From: a virus
IMG/VR virus record: IMGVR_UViG_3300035698_017437
Span: 1 to 64,000 of that record
Length of the DNA stretch: 64,000 nucleotides
Strand: one strand, 5' to 3'
Of the stretch, positions 40,162 to 48,481 are shown piece by piece. The stretch's first letter is position 1. Each line of letters starts with the position of its first letter. The position numbers and the translations under genes are program-made. The notes beneath the pieces are model-generated. The model was given only the letters and a program-made list of their open reading frames with translations. It ran no database searches and was not told the DNA's origin.

Positions 40162-41228
40162 GTAATTTTTTGAAAGGAATGTTGAAATCTACAGGAAATA
40201 TATATGGCGGAATAGCATCTGAAGGATTAGTTGCTGGAGATATCACAGGATATCTTGATACAGGATCGTATCGTCTAAATGCTCTTGTCTCTGGATCTGT
40301 GTTCAAAGGTTGGCCACGAGGTAAAATTAGTATCCTTGGAGCACCTTCAGGAACAGGAAAAACCTTTTTACTTTTATCAGCTATCAAAGAGTTTCTAAAT
40401 GCTGAACCTGATGGAGCTGTTATTCTTTTTGAATCTGAATCAGCTCTTACAAAAGATATGCTAGTTCAAAGAGAAATTGATATTGATAGAGTTTTGATTT
40501 TACCTATTGTAACTGTGGAGGATTTGAAATTTCAAGCAGTTTCTATTATAGATAGATATCAAGCAACTCCAGAAGATGAAAGAATTCCTATTCTCCTTGG
40601 TCTTGATTCAATAGGTATGTTATCAACAGAAAAGGAAATTGGTGATGCTTCTGATGGAAAGGCTACTTTAGATATGACCCGAGCAAAAATGCTCAAAGCA
40701 GTATTTCGTATCCTTACTTTGAAATTGGGTCTATGTGATATTCCTTTCTTAGCCACCAATCATACTTACCAGGAACTTTCCCTCTATCCTAAAACCATCC
40801 AAAGTGGAGGAACAGGATTAGTTTATGCTGGAAGTACAATAATGGCGTTTTCTAAGGCCCAAGAAAAAGAAGGAAAGGAAAAAGTTGGGGCGATAATCAC
40901 AGCAACTCTTCAGAAAGGTCGTCTAACAAAAGAAAACTCTAAAGGTAAATGTCTTATCAATTTTGAAAATGGTTTAGATCGTTATTTTGATTTGATTGAA
41001 CCAGCCGTGGAATCAGGAATTTGGCAGAAAGATGGTAAACGTTTTATAACTACTGTAAATGAGAAACCTGTTTGGGCAAAGACTATAGCTAAAGATCCTG
41101 AAACATATTTTACCAAAGAAGTATTAGAAGCTATTGATAAAGTTTTAGCGAGACAATACCTTTATGGAATAACTAAAACAGAAGATGAAAATTTTGATGA
41201 ATTAGATGGAGAAGAAATTGACCACTGA
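40158..41228 (+). CDS. uvsX: UvsX recombinase
   Basis: DTGSY.LNAL.SG, APSGTGKT, LDSIG.L, DMTRAK, TNHTY, SGG.G. Confidence 0.95.
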   Translation: MSNFLKGMLKSTGNIYGGIASEGLVAGDITGYLDTGSYRLNALVSGSVFKGWPRGKISILGAPSGTGKTFLLLSAIKEFLNAEPDGAVILFESESALTKDMLVQREIDIDRVLILPIVTVEDLKFQAVSIIDRYQATPEDERIPILLGLDSIGMLSTEKEIGDASDGKATLDMTRAKMLKAVFRILTLKLGLCDIPFLATNHTYQELSLYPKTIQSGGTGLVYAGSTIMAFSKAQEKEGKEKVGAIITATLQKGRLTKENSKGKCLINFENGLDRYFDLIEPAVESGIWQKDGKRFITTVNEKPVWAKTIAKDPETYFTKEVLEAIDKVLARQYLYGITKTEDENFDELDGEEIDH

Positions 41229-41874
41229 TAATGGAAGAATAGAAACTATTATCATAAATCAACTCATATTCAATCGGGAATATTTCTCCAAATGTGTACC
41301 TTTTATCTCAGAAGAGTATTTTGACCTCAGACCAGAAAAGATAATTGTCAAACATATTGAATCATATTTTCAGAAATATGATTCAAGGATTCCTGATCCT
41401 TCAGTTCTGAAAGTGATGTTAGAACAAGATACCACTATTGGAGAGAAAGAAATTGGAGAAATAAATGAATATGTTGATAATCATTGTTCCTCTACAGGAA
41501 AATATGATTATGACTGGTTATTGATAGAAAGTGAATCCTTTTGCCAAGAGAAAGCAGTTTATAATGGTATAGTTGATTCTATCAATATTATTGAAGGAAG
41601 AGACAAGAATAGGAATAAAGAGGGTATTCCTGAAATATTGAGCGATGCCCTTGGTGTTAATTTTGATGTGAATATTGGACATGATTATTTTGGTCATGCT
41701 AAAGAAAGATTTGAATCTTATAATAATGCTGAAGCCAAGTTTCCATGTGGTCTAGAAATGATTGATAAAATCACTCATGGCGGGTTTGAGGAGAAGACGA
41801 TAAATCTATTAATTGGGGGCCCTGGCTGTGTTTTTTTCAAGACTAAAATACATGTCAGGATCACTGGGAAATAA
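41206..41874 (+). CDS. gp41: Replicative helicase gp41 N-part + 15-aa split intein N-fragment (41827-41871)
   Basis: E.FCQ.KA.YN, IPEILSDAL.V.FD..IGHDY, D.IT.GG; Walker A start GGPG then CVFFKTKIHVRITGK stop. Confidence 0.92.
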   Translation: MEKKLTTDNGRIETIIINQLIFNREYFSKCVPFISEEYFDLRPEKIIVKHIESYFQKYDSRIPDPSVLKVMLEQDTTIGEKEIGEINEYVDNHCSSTGKYDYDWLLIESESFCQEKAVYNGIVDSINIIEGRDKNRNKEGIPEILSDALGVNFDVNIGHDYFGHAKERFESYNNAEAKFPCGLEMIDKITHGGFEEKTINLLIGGPGCVFFKTKIHVRITGK

Positions 41875-42112
41875 TATTTAGTGTATTTCCCTTGTTATCC
41901 ATAATCCAGATGATATGATCATAGTCAAGATCAATACAAAAATTGTGTTTTGCTATGTTCATATCGTAATGTAGTTTTAAGGTCCATTCAGATTTTATTT
42001 CTATCATTATCCGGTAGATGAAGATTGTACTTTTGAAGAATTCAAGGAGAGGATGAGTATAATGGCAATTGATTTGATAAAATTTGTTGATAAAAAGCTA
42101 TAGAGATAATAT

Positions 42113-43282
42113 ATGGAAAAAGATATAGAAATACATGAAGTAAAGGAATTGTTGGAACATGGATATAAAGTTGAGGTCTCTTCTCCTAACGGTTTTGTGG
42201 AGATTACAGATTTTATAGAAAAGGGATATTTTGAGGTATATCATCTAAACACTTTCACTAAAAAAATAGGATGTAATATAAATCACAAATGGTTGACTTC
42301 TGAGGGATTCAAGAAAACTTCGGAATTACTAGATGGACCATTTCTTGTTGCTGGAGAGGATGAAAAGTTTATTCCTGCCCATATAACAAAATCTGATAAA
42401 ATAGAAAGGATTGTTGACGTTACAGTTGACCATCCTTCTCATACATATTTCACTGATGGAATCGCAAGCCACAATTCCTGTAAAACTTTGACAATGTGTT
42501 CTATGGCTACTCATTATCTCCAACAGGGATATGATGTCCTTTATATCACCATGGAGATGGCTGAAACCAAAATTGCCTCTAGAATTGATGCCAACTTGTT
42601 GGATGTTGATATCAATCGTGTTACTGGTTTATCTGAACAAGATTTCATGGGAAGAATAAATTTAGTCAAGACGAAAGGTATGGGACAATTAGTTATCAAA
42701 GAATATCCTACTGGCTCTGCTCATTGTGGTCATTTTGATTCATTGATGAAGGAATTGAAGATAAAGAAGAATTTTGTTCCAAAGATTATTTTTGTTGATT
42801 ATTTGGGTATTTGTTCGTCTAAATTAGTATCTCCTACTGTTGGTATGTATTCATATGTAAAGAGTATTGCTGAAGAGTTGAGATCGTTCATGGGTAAACA
42901 TAATGCTGTTGGATTTTCTGTTGCTCAATTCAATAGAGGTGGAACAAATAATACCGATGCTGATTATAGTAATATTGCGGAGAGTACAGGAATCCAACAG
43001 ACGGCAGATTTCATTGCTGGTTTAATCCTTACTGAGGAGCTAGAAGAAAAAAAGGTCATTTTGGTGAAACAAATCAAGAATAGATATGGAGATGTTGCCC
43101 ATTATAAAAAATTCTTGGTTGGTCTTGATAAAACAAGGATGAGAGTATACGACACTGAACAAGATTGGGATGAAGATAATGATTCTGTGGATGATGAAGA
43201 TGATATTCCAGAATTTGACAAGGCAACTAAAGGTAGAACCTTAGAAAAAGATGGACCTATGATGGGTGGAATAAGTTTCTAA
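42113..43282 (+). CDS. gp41: Split intein C-fragment (121 aa, 42113-42475) + gp41 helicase C-part
   Basis: CNINH block B, IVDVTV.HP.H.YF.DGI.SHN|S; then KT, YITMEMAE, IKEYPT, FVDYL.IC, IAEELR, Q.NR, KNRYGD. Confidence 0.94.
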   Translation: MEKDIEIHEVKELLEHGYKVEVSSPNGFVEITDFIEKGYFEVYHLNTFTKKIGCNINHKWLTSEGFKKTSELLDGPFLVAGEDEKFIPAHITKSDKIERIVDVTVDHPSHTYFTDGIASHNSCKTLTMCSMATHYLQQGYDVLYITMEMAETKIASRIDANLLDVDINRVTGLSEQDFMGRINLVKTKGMGQLVIKEYPTGSAHCGHFDSLMKELKIKKNFVPKIIFVDYLGICSSKLVSPTVGMYSYVKSIAEELRSFMGKHNAVGFSVAQFNRGGTNNTDADYSNIAESTGIQQTADFIAGLILTEELEEKKVILVKQIKNRYGDVAHYKKFLVGLDKTRMRVYDTEQDWDEDNDSVDDEDDIPEFDKATKGRTLEKDGPMMGGISF

Positions 43283-43539
43283 CTTCCGTAAATATGAACC
43301 TGAGGATCTTTCACTCCTGTGATTGAGTCCTCAAGTTCATTCCTATGGATAAGCACCTCTCCTTTTCCTGTGGAAAATCTTCCTTCAATAATAATATCTC
43401 CTATATGAACCTTATCGTGACATGAGGAACATATTACGGCTATATTATTGGATGAGTTTGATCCGCCATATCTTTTGGATTGGATATGATGTTTATTTAT
43501 TACCTTGAATTTTTCTGAACAAATTTCACACAAAGACAT
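43279..43539 (-). CDS. Small HNH endonuclease
   Basis: CEIC, HHI....GG.N...N...IC..CH..VH. Confidence 0.85.
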   Translation of the reverse strand: MSLCEICSEKFKVINKHHIQSKRYGGSNSSNNIAVICSSCHDKVHIGDIIIEGRFSTGKGEVLIHRNELEDSITGVKDPQVHIYGS

Positions 43540-43557
43540 TTTATCTCTCTTTTAGTA

Positions 43558-43594
43558 TTGACTTCTCATTCTATATATGTTATAATTACTTATG
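43558..43594 (+). promoter_or_regulatory. Truncated PeSL-like promoter (copy 3), leaderless configuration
   Basis: TTGACTTCTCATTCTATATATGTTATAAT; ATG 5 nt after -10. Confidence 0.75.
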
Positions 43595-43726
43595 ACGAAA
43601 ACAAAAAACATAATCATTATTTCTATCTTAGTTATTTCAGCTATCGTTTGTAATGGAATGAGTAAAAAAGTTATGTATTATGTTGATGAATCAAAACCTA
43701 TTTACACAACATGGAGAACAATATGA
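43592..43726 (+). CDS. Small membrane/secreted peptide (44 aa), not in ORF track
   Basis: MTKTKNIIIISILVISAIVC...; stop overlaps next ATG (ATGA). Confidence 0.5.
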   Translation: MTKTKNIIIISILVISAIVCNGMSKKVMYYVDESKPIYTTWRTI

Positions 43727-43938
43727 GAATATCTGAGTTGATCAAAAATCTTGAGGTTTCTTTATCTTTACATGGAGATCTTGAATGTGTTATTATTCCA
43801 CAGAACACTTCAAGAGTTGTAGATGTCCAGATTGCCACGGAACAAGTAGCGGAAGAATTTATGTCTGAGGAAGATATTCAAATATTTGATGCTGAAGATT
43901 TAGATAAGTTTCTCACTATTGAAGGAGAAATAGTGTAA
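43723..43938 (+). CDS. Hypothetical protein
   Basis: MRISELIK.L....HGDL.. phage small-protein pattern; RBS GGAG. Confidence 0.65.
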   Translation: MRISELIKNLEVSLSLHGDLECVIIPQNTSRVVDVQIATEQVAEEFMSEEDIQIFDAEDLDKFLTIEGEIV

Positions 43939-43945
43939 ATAAGTG

Positions 43946-44023
43946 TTGACTTCTCATTCTATACATGTTATAATAGTGTATAGCAAATGAGAAATACCTA
44001 ATTCAAAATGGAGATTCAAAATG
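43946..44023 (+). promoter_or_regulatory. PeSL-like cassette copy 4
   Basis: Differs from copy 2 at a single base. Confidence 0.9.
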
Positions 44024-44209
44024 AGTAGATATAAAACGAAAAATAAGCATATAAGCCTTATTCGCCAAGGAGACACAATTTTACATAATGGAGAGGAAAG
44101 GACCGTATGTGATAGTGATATATTGATAAGTAGTTTTATGGGTATTTCTATATTTGGAGATTCCTATTCTATGGGAAGAAAGTTGGTAAAGGAAATAACA
44201 TACTTTTAA
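44021..44209 (+). CDS. Hypothetical early protein
   Basis: HIS.I..GDTI.H.G..RTV, F.G..IFGDSY..G.K.V small phage protein pattern. Confidence 0.7.
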   Translation: MSRYKTKNKHISLIRQGDTILHNGEERTVCDSDILISSFMGISIFGDSYSMGRKLVKEITYF

Positions 44210-44217
44210 AAAGGATA

Positions 44218-44385
44218 ATGATAATGAAAGACTTAGAAAAGAAAGTTAAACGATTGTTGATCAAATGGGGAAATTCTGAAGATTCTGTAAATAAAATGAT
44301 TTCTGATAATTATACTCAGGCTGTAAAAATGTATCCAGAGGCAAGAGCCGCAAAAATAGCTGAGGTTATTAGCTCCTTAAGATAA
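44218..44385 (+). CDS. Hypothetical 55-aa protein, not in ORF track
   Basis: MIMKDLEKKVKRLLIKWGNS...AKIAEVISSLR; RBS AAGGA. Confidence 0.6.
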   Translation: MIMKDLEKKVKRLLIKWGNSEDSVNKMISDNYTQAVKMYPEARAAKIAEVISSLR

Positions 44386-44534
44386 TTATTGATTTTCAGC
44401 AAGGTCAAGTACTGAAGTGAAGTCTATCCCATTAGAACTGATAATATAATGAGGATGAGATGAGACTATAACGGGTTATCAGATCTGTTGTCTTGAGTAA
44501 GTATCAACCCTTACACCTTGCTGAAAATCAATAA
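44386..44534 (+). ncRNA. Candidate structured RNA / MITE with 20-bp perfect terminal inverted repeats
   Basis: TTATTGATTTTCAGCAAGGT / ACCTTGCTGAAAATCAATAA enclosing 109 nt with further helices. Confidence 0.55.
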
Positions 44535-44548
44535 ATATAAAATAAGTG

Positions 44549-44636
44549 TTGACTTCTCATTCTATACATGATATAATAGTGTATACAGAATGAAAAACAC
44601 CTAATTCAATATGGAGATTTTGGAATTTTTGATATG
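44549..44636 (+). promoter_or_regulatory. PeSL-like cassette copy 5 (drives purZ-like gene)
   Basis: TTGACTTCTCATTCTATACATGATATAATAGTGTATACAGAATGAAAA. Confidence 0.85.
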
Positions 44637-45626
44637 AAAATTGAAAAAGGAAAACTAAATATCATTATTGATGGTCAGTTTGGTAGCACCGGCAAGGGAG
44701 TTCTTGCGAGTTATATTGGATCAAAGAACTTTATTGATTTAGCTATAACAAACAGTAGTCCTAATGCTGGACATACATTTTATATAGATGGAAAGAAATG
44801 TGTTGTCAAGCATTTACCTGTTTCTGGAATAATCAATAAATGTAGCGTTATTTATCTTTGTGCTGGAGCTATTATTCATCCGAAAACTCTTTTAGATGAA
44901 ATCAAAAAATTCAATATAGATAAAGATAGAATTTTCATTCATCCTAGAGCCGCAATAATAACTCAAAATGATAAGATTTCGGAGGAGAATTCCAGAGGTA
45001 TAATGCAAGAAATCTCTTCAACCCAAAATGGAGTTGGTAGAGCATTATCTAGGAAAATAAATAGGACTGCTGATCTTGCTGAGGATATTCCAGAGTTATC
45101 CCATTTCATAAGAGATGTTGATGTTGAAGCACTTTTGGATGTAGGATGTAAAGCTCTAATGGAAGTCCCTCAGGGAATGGATTTGAGTATCAATTCAGGA
45201 TTATCCTATCCTTATTGTACTTCTAGAGAAATTTCTGTTAGTTCTTCATTATCTGATGTTGGAATACATCCTTCATATCTCGGTAAAGTATGTGTGAGTA
45301 TTAGAACCTTTCCCATTAGAGTTGGAAATCTTGAGGGAGGTAATTCGGGGCCATTTTATCCAGATTCAAAAGAAATTACTTGGGATAATCTTGGTGTAAA
45401 GCCAGAATATACAACAAATACAGATAGAATAAGAAGAGTCTCCACATTTAGTATGATACAATACAGAAAAATGTTGAAGAAATTCAAACCTGATTGTATA
45501 TTTCTAAATTTCTGTAATTATCTTCATCCAGAAGAATTGATGGATTTATTAGAACATCTTCCCGCAGTGACCCATTTAGGATTCGGTAGGGCCAAAGAAG
45601 ATATATTAGTTCGTAATGGAATTTGA
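44634..45626 (+). CDS. purZ: PurZ-type adenylosuccinate synthetase paralog (dSMP synthetase)
   Basis: GQFGSTGKG (Ser for the PurA catalytic Asp), NAGHT, YPYCTSR, RTFPIRVGN, T.R.RRV..FS, LNFCNY instead of PurA TKLD. Confidence 0.8.
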   Translation: MKIEKGKLNIIIDGQFGSTGKGVLASYIGSKNFIDLAITNSSPNAGHTFYIDGKKCVVKHLPVSGIINKCSVIYLCAGAIIHPKTLLDEIKKFNIDKDRIFIHPRAAIITQNDKISEENSRGIMQEISSTQNGVGRALSRKINRTADLAEDIPELSHFIRDVDVEALLDVGCKALMEVPQGMDLSINSGLSYPYCTSREISVSSSLSDVGIHPSYLGKVCVSIRTFPIRVGNLEGGNSGPFYPDSKEITWDNLGVKPEYTTNTDRIRRVSTFSMIQYRKMLKKFKPDCIFLNFCNYLHPEELMDLLEHLPAVTHLGFGRAKEDILVRNGI

Positions 45627-45654
45627 AATAAAAGAAAACCTTTAGGAGGAGAAA

Positions 45655-45867
45655 ATGAAAGTATTCAAATCTAAAATAGAATATGATCCTAGGTCCACTT
45701 CAAAAGAGTTAGCTCTATTAACTTCAGAAAGCCAGATAGCTCTGGAAGTAATAAGTTATTTGAGAGGGAAGGAGATTAAGTGGATGAAAGTTCATTCCTA
45801 TACTAATCCCTTAGAGAATAACTTTCTCAGTGTGGCCAAGACTATAATTAAGATACAGGAATCCTAA
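45655..45867 (+). CDS. Hypothetical protein
   Basis: RBS AGGGAG. Confidence 0.55.
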   Translation: MKVFKSKIEYDPRSTSKELALLTSESQIALEVISYLRGKEIKWMKVHSYTNPLENNFLSVAKTIIKIQES

Positions 45868-46000
45868 AATGTTGTCCATATTGTGAATCTAGATGGTATT
45901 TTGCTGTTCAAGATTATGAAACATATTTTGATTTCATTGTTTGAAAATATCAATGTAATACTTGCGATAAACTTTTTGAAATGAATTATAAGTCTTTTTT

Positions 46001-46345
46001 ATGACAAATGGGAGAATGATAATGAGTAACTGCTTGAGAATACAATTCTATGATAATGATTTTTGTTTGATTGCCAAAGGAGCAATGGATGCTATTTCTT
46101 GGACTTCACATAAAGAACTGAAAGATTCTGCTAATGATGAATCTATTCTCCTAATGTTTATAAAGCTGATGAATGATCTTTCTGATTGGAGAAAGTCCTT
46201 ACAAAAGTATGGAATGCCATTCAAAAGAGATCCTAAATATTTTGATGATTGTGATTTGGATAGATTAGAAGAGATTCCCTCAGAAAACAATAATAGTGAA
46301 TCGGTTATTTACGTTTATAAAACAGGAAAGGTATTTGTATTATGA
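46001..46345 (+). CDS. Hypothetical protein
   Basis: Coupled to downstream gene (ATGA); start probably a few codons in. Confidence 0.6.
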   Translation: MTNGRMIMSNCLRIQFYDNDFCLIAKGAMDAISWTSHKELKDSANDESILLMFIKLMNDLSDWRKSLQKYGMPFKRDPKYFDDCDLDRLEEIPSENNNSESVIYVYKTGKVFVL

Positions 46346-47292
46346 GTAACAATAGAAAGATCCAAGGAATTTTTCATTTTGATTGCGACGGGGCAGTTTC
46401 GGAGATAATTATGAAACGGTTCATTCCCAACATTTATTCTTATAGTTGTGGATATTCTAAGATAGATGCTTGGATCAAGAAATTGAAAAAGAATGATAAA
46501 GTTATTGTTGCTGATATTTCTCTTTCTCCAGATCAAGTGGAATCTATTAGAGAAAAAACGGATCAATGGTTCATTATTGATCATCATCAAGATACAGAGG
46601 AAATTCAAAATAATTATCCAGATCATGTTCTTTATGCTTCTGATAAATGTGGTGCTGAACTTTGTGTTGATTTTTGTGAAGAGCGATTTCCAGAAACTTT
46701 TGATGAATTGTATCGGAAAAACGGAAAAATGAGAGTTCTAGTTATGTTGACTGGTATTTATGATCTATGGAAAACAGATCATGAATTGTTTCCGAAAGCT
46801 TACAATCTCAATTATCTTTATTGGGATTTAGTCCATTGGAATTTTGTAAAACGTTTTGCTAATGGTTGGGATGGTTACTCTATATCTGAAGTGGAAACAA
46901 TCAAGAAAAAGCAGGAAGAAAAGGAAATTCTTTGGAATGAGGCAGAATTTGTTGATATTGATGATAAAACCATCGTTTGTTTGGGTAGTCCTGAAATCAC
47001 AAATGATCTAACCTTGAGACTTCCAGAAAAGGAATTATTTTTTGCTATTGTCCACCAACATGATGAATTATCTCTTAGAGTCCGGTATTCTGGAGAGACA
47101 GGTAATGTAGGAGAGGTTCTAGATGAACTAGAACACATGGAAACAGGAATAGGCGCTTATACTCATAGAGCTGGAGGCCATCCTAAGGCTGGAGGAGCAT
47201 CATTCTATCCTGAAGCTGATTTAGATTATATTTTTGAGGTCTGTGAGTATATTTTCGAGTATATGAAAAATTCCTCTGATGTTCCATTTTAG
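46342..47292 (+). CDS. DHH/DHHA1 phosphoesterase
   Basis: H.DCDG, VADIS, IIDHH, YDLW, GGHPKAGG. Confidence 0.88.
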   Translation: MSNNRKIQGIFHFDCDGAVSEIIMKRFIPNIYSYSCGYSKIDAWIKKLKKNDKVIVADISLSPDQVESIREKTDQWFIIDHHQDTEEIQNNYPDHVLYASDKCGAELCVDFCEERFPETFDELYRKNGKMRVLVMLTGIYDLWKTDHELFPKAYNLNYLYWDLVHWNFVKRFANGWDGYSISEVETIKKKQEEKEILWNEAEFVDIDDKTIVCLGSPEITNDLTLRLPEKELFFAIVHQHDELSLRVRYSGETGNVGEVLDELEHMETGIGAYTHRAGGHPKAGGASFYPEADLDYIFEVCEYIFEYMKNSSDVPF

Positions 47293-47302
47293 GAGAATAT
47301 GA

Positions 47303-47890
47303 ATGAAAGCTATTATATTGAATAAAAACCAGCGGAAGTTTCTTGAAGCGGCATTGAAAAAGTTTAGGGATGAAGAGGTTACCTTGAAGCAATTGAGAGG
47401 ATTTTGTAGCTCAAATGATCTTATCCTTTCCCAAACAATTCTCAAGAAATATTGTTCAACAGATAAGCGGGGTAAATATAATCTTTCTGGTTGTGGATTA
47501 GATATTCCAGAAGAAGAAAAACAATCAGAAGGTTTAGAAGATTTCTTGAATGTTGAAAATGATACCCTTGGTGATGTTTCATCTTTTGTTGAACGAAAGT
47601 CTGTTAAAAATGTAATGAAAAAGGCTCTAAAGACCGAATATAATATCAATAAAGATATGGCTAATCCCATATACGTTGTTATGAATGATAATGAGGTTAC
47701 AATTAGAGGTGTTTGTGATAATTTTGATTCCGCTTGGAAATTAGTAGATCAAGTATTACATGCTATTCCATCGGTATCTAAAGAAGAAGCGAGGGCTCAC
47801 CTAGAAAAATATTGTTTTGTGTATTTGAATAGTAATAATGTAAGAAAATTGGTTGCCTCAATTACTGTAAGAGATTTAAACATAAAATAG
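47303..47890 (+). CDS. Hypothetical protein (possible N-terminal winged helix)
   Basis: Long ORF with RBS AGGAG; N-terminus resembles that of the AAA protein 31972 (RG.Y). Confidence 0.6.
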   Translation: MKAIILNKNQRKFLEAALKKFRDEEVTLKQLRGFCSSNDLILSQTILKKYCSTDKRGKYNLSGCGLDIPEEEKQSEGLEDFLNVENDTLGDVSSFVERKSVKNVMKKALKTEYNINKDMANPIYVVMNDNEVTIRGVCDNFDSAWKLVDQVLHAIPSVSKEEARAHLEKYCFVYLNSNNVRKLVASITVRDLNIK

Positions 47891-47901
47891 GAGAATGAAT
47901 A

Positions 47902-48060
47902 ATGAAAGAGGTAATATCTGCTTTAGCCTCAATTGTGCTGATTATTGGATTTGTTTATGGAATTTATTGGGTAGGTAAAACTGTAAGTTATGCGGTTTTC
48001 TATCAGGATATGGTAGAACAAACAATTACTGATATGGTGAAACCTGAATACCTGAAATGA
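47902..48060 (+). CDS. Small single-pass membrane protein, not in ORF track
   Basis: MKEVISALASIVLIIGFVYGIYWVGK...VKPEYLK. Confidence 0.55.
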   Translation: MKEVISALASIVLIIGFVYGIYWVGKTVSYAVFYQDMVEQTITDMVKPEYLK

Positions 48061-48139
48061 TTTTTTTTGTTGACATTATATTCCTAAAATGTTATAAATA
48101 TAAATATAAATATACAAATTTAACCTTAAAAGGAATATC

Positions 48140-48475
48140 ATGAATAAAATGAAAATAACAACCCTATTAGAAAGAAAAAGTCCTTATGTAATATATCACG
48201 ATACCTATTCCGGCGCTATTCAAGAAGTTGAAAACTATATGAACAAGAAAAAATTCATTCTTGATCCTGAGGAAATGTCAAGATCTATTGGAATGGGGCC
48301 CTCAAAGCCAGGTGCAGGCAAGACAAACAGATTTTCTCTGAAGTTATATAAAACGCAAAAAGATCTTGACAATTTCAAAGAACAAAAAAGACATGTTCAT
48401 TTTCAAGTGTATGGAATGGGTTCCCTTAATAATCTATCCTCAGATAGGTATGAGCTAAATTGTTACATAAGTTGA
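48140..48475 (+). CDS. Late hypothetical protein, likely virion-internal
   Basis: After TATAAATA; MKITTLLE N-terminus; C-terminal YELNCYIS. Confidence 0.6.
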   Translation: MNKMKITTLLERKSPYVIYHDTYSGAIQEVENYMNKKKFILDPEEMSRSIGMGPSKPGAGKTNRFSLKLYKTQKDLDNFKEQKRHVHFQVYGMGSLNNLSSDRYELNCYIS

Positions 48476-48481
48476 TTCAAA

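Noticed and set aside
41875-42112. Stop-codon recoding or intron joining the gp41 halves
   Set aside because: Standard code gives full-length core genes, TAG and TGA are used as real stops, and no intron core is visible
44410-44430. Hammerhead ribozyme
   Set aside because: CTGAAGTGA does not fit CUGANGA and there is no suitably placed GAAA
44634-45626. Ordinary purA
   Set aside because: Lacks the catalytic Asp (GDEGKG) and the TKLD guanine-specificity motif
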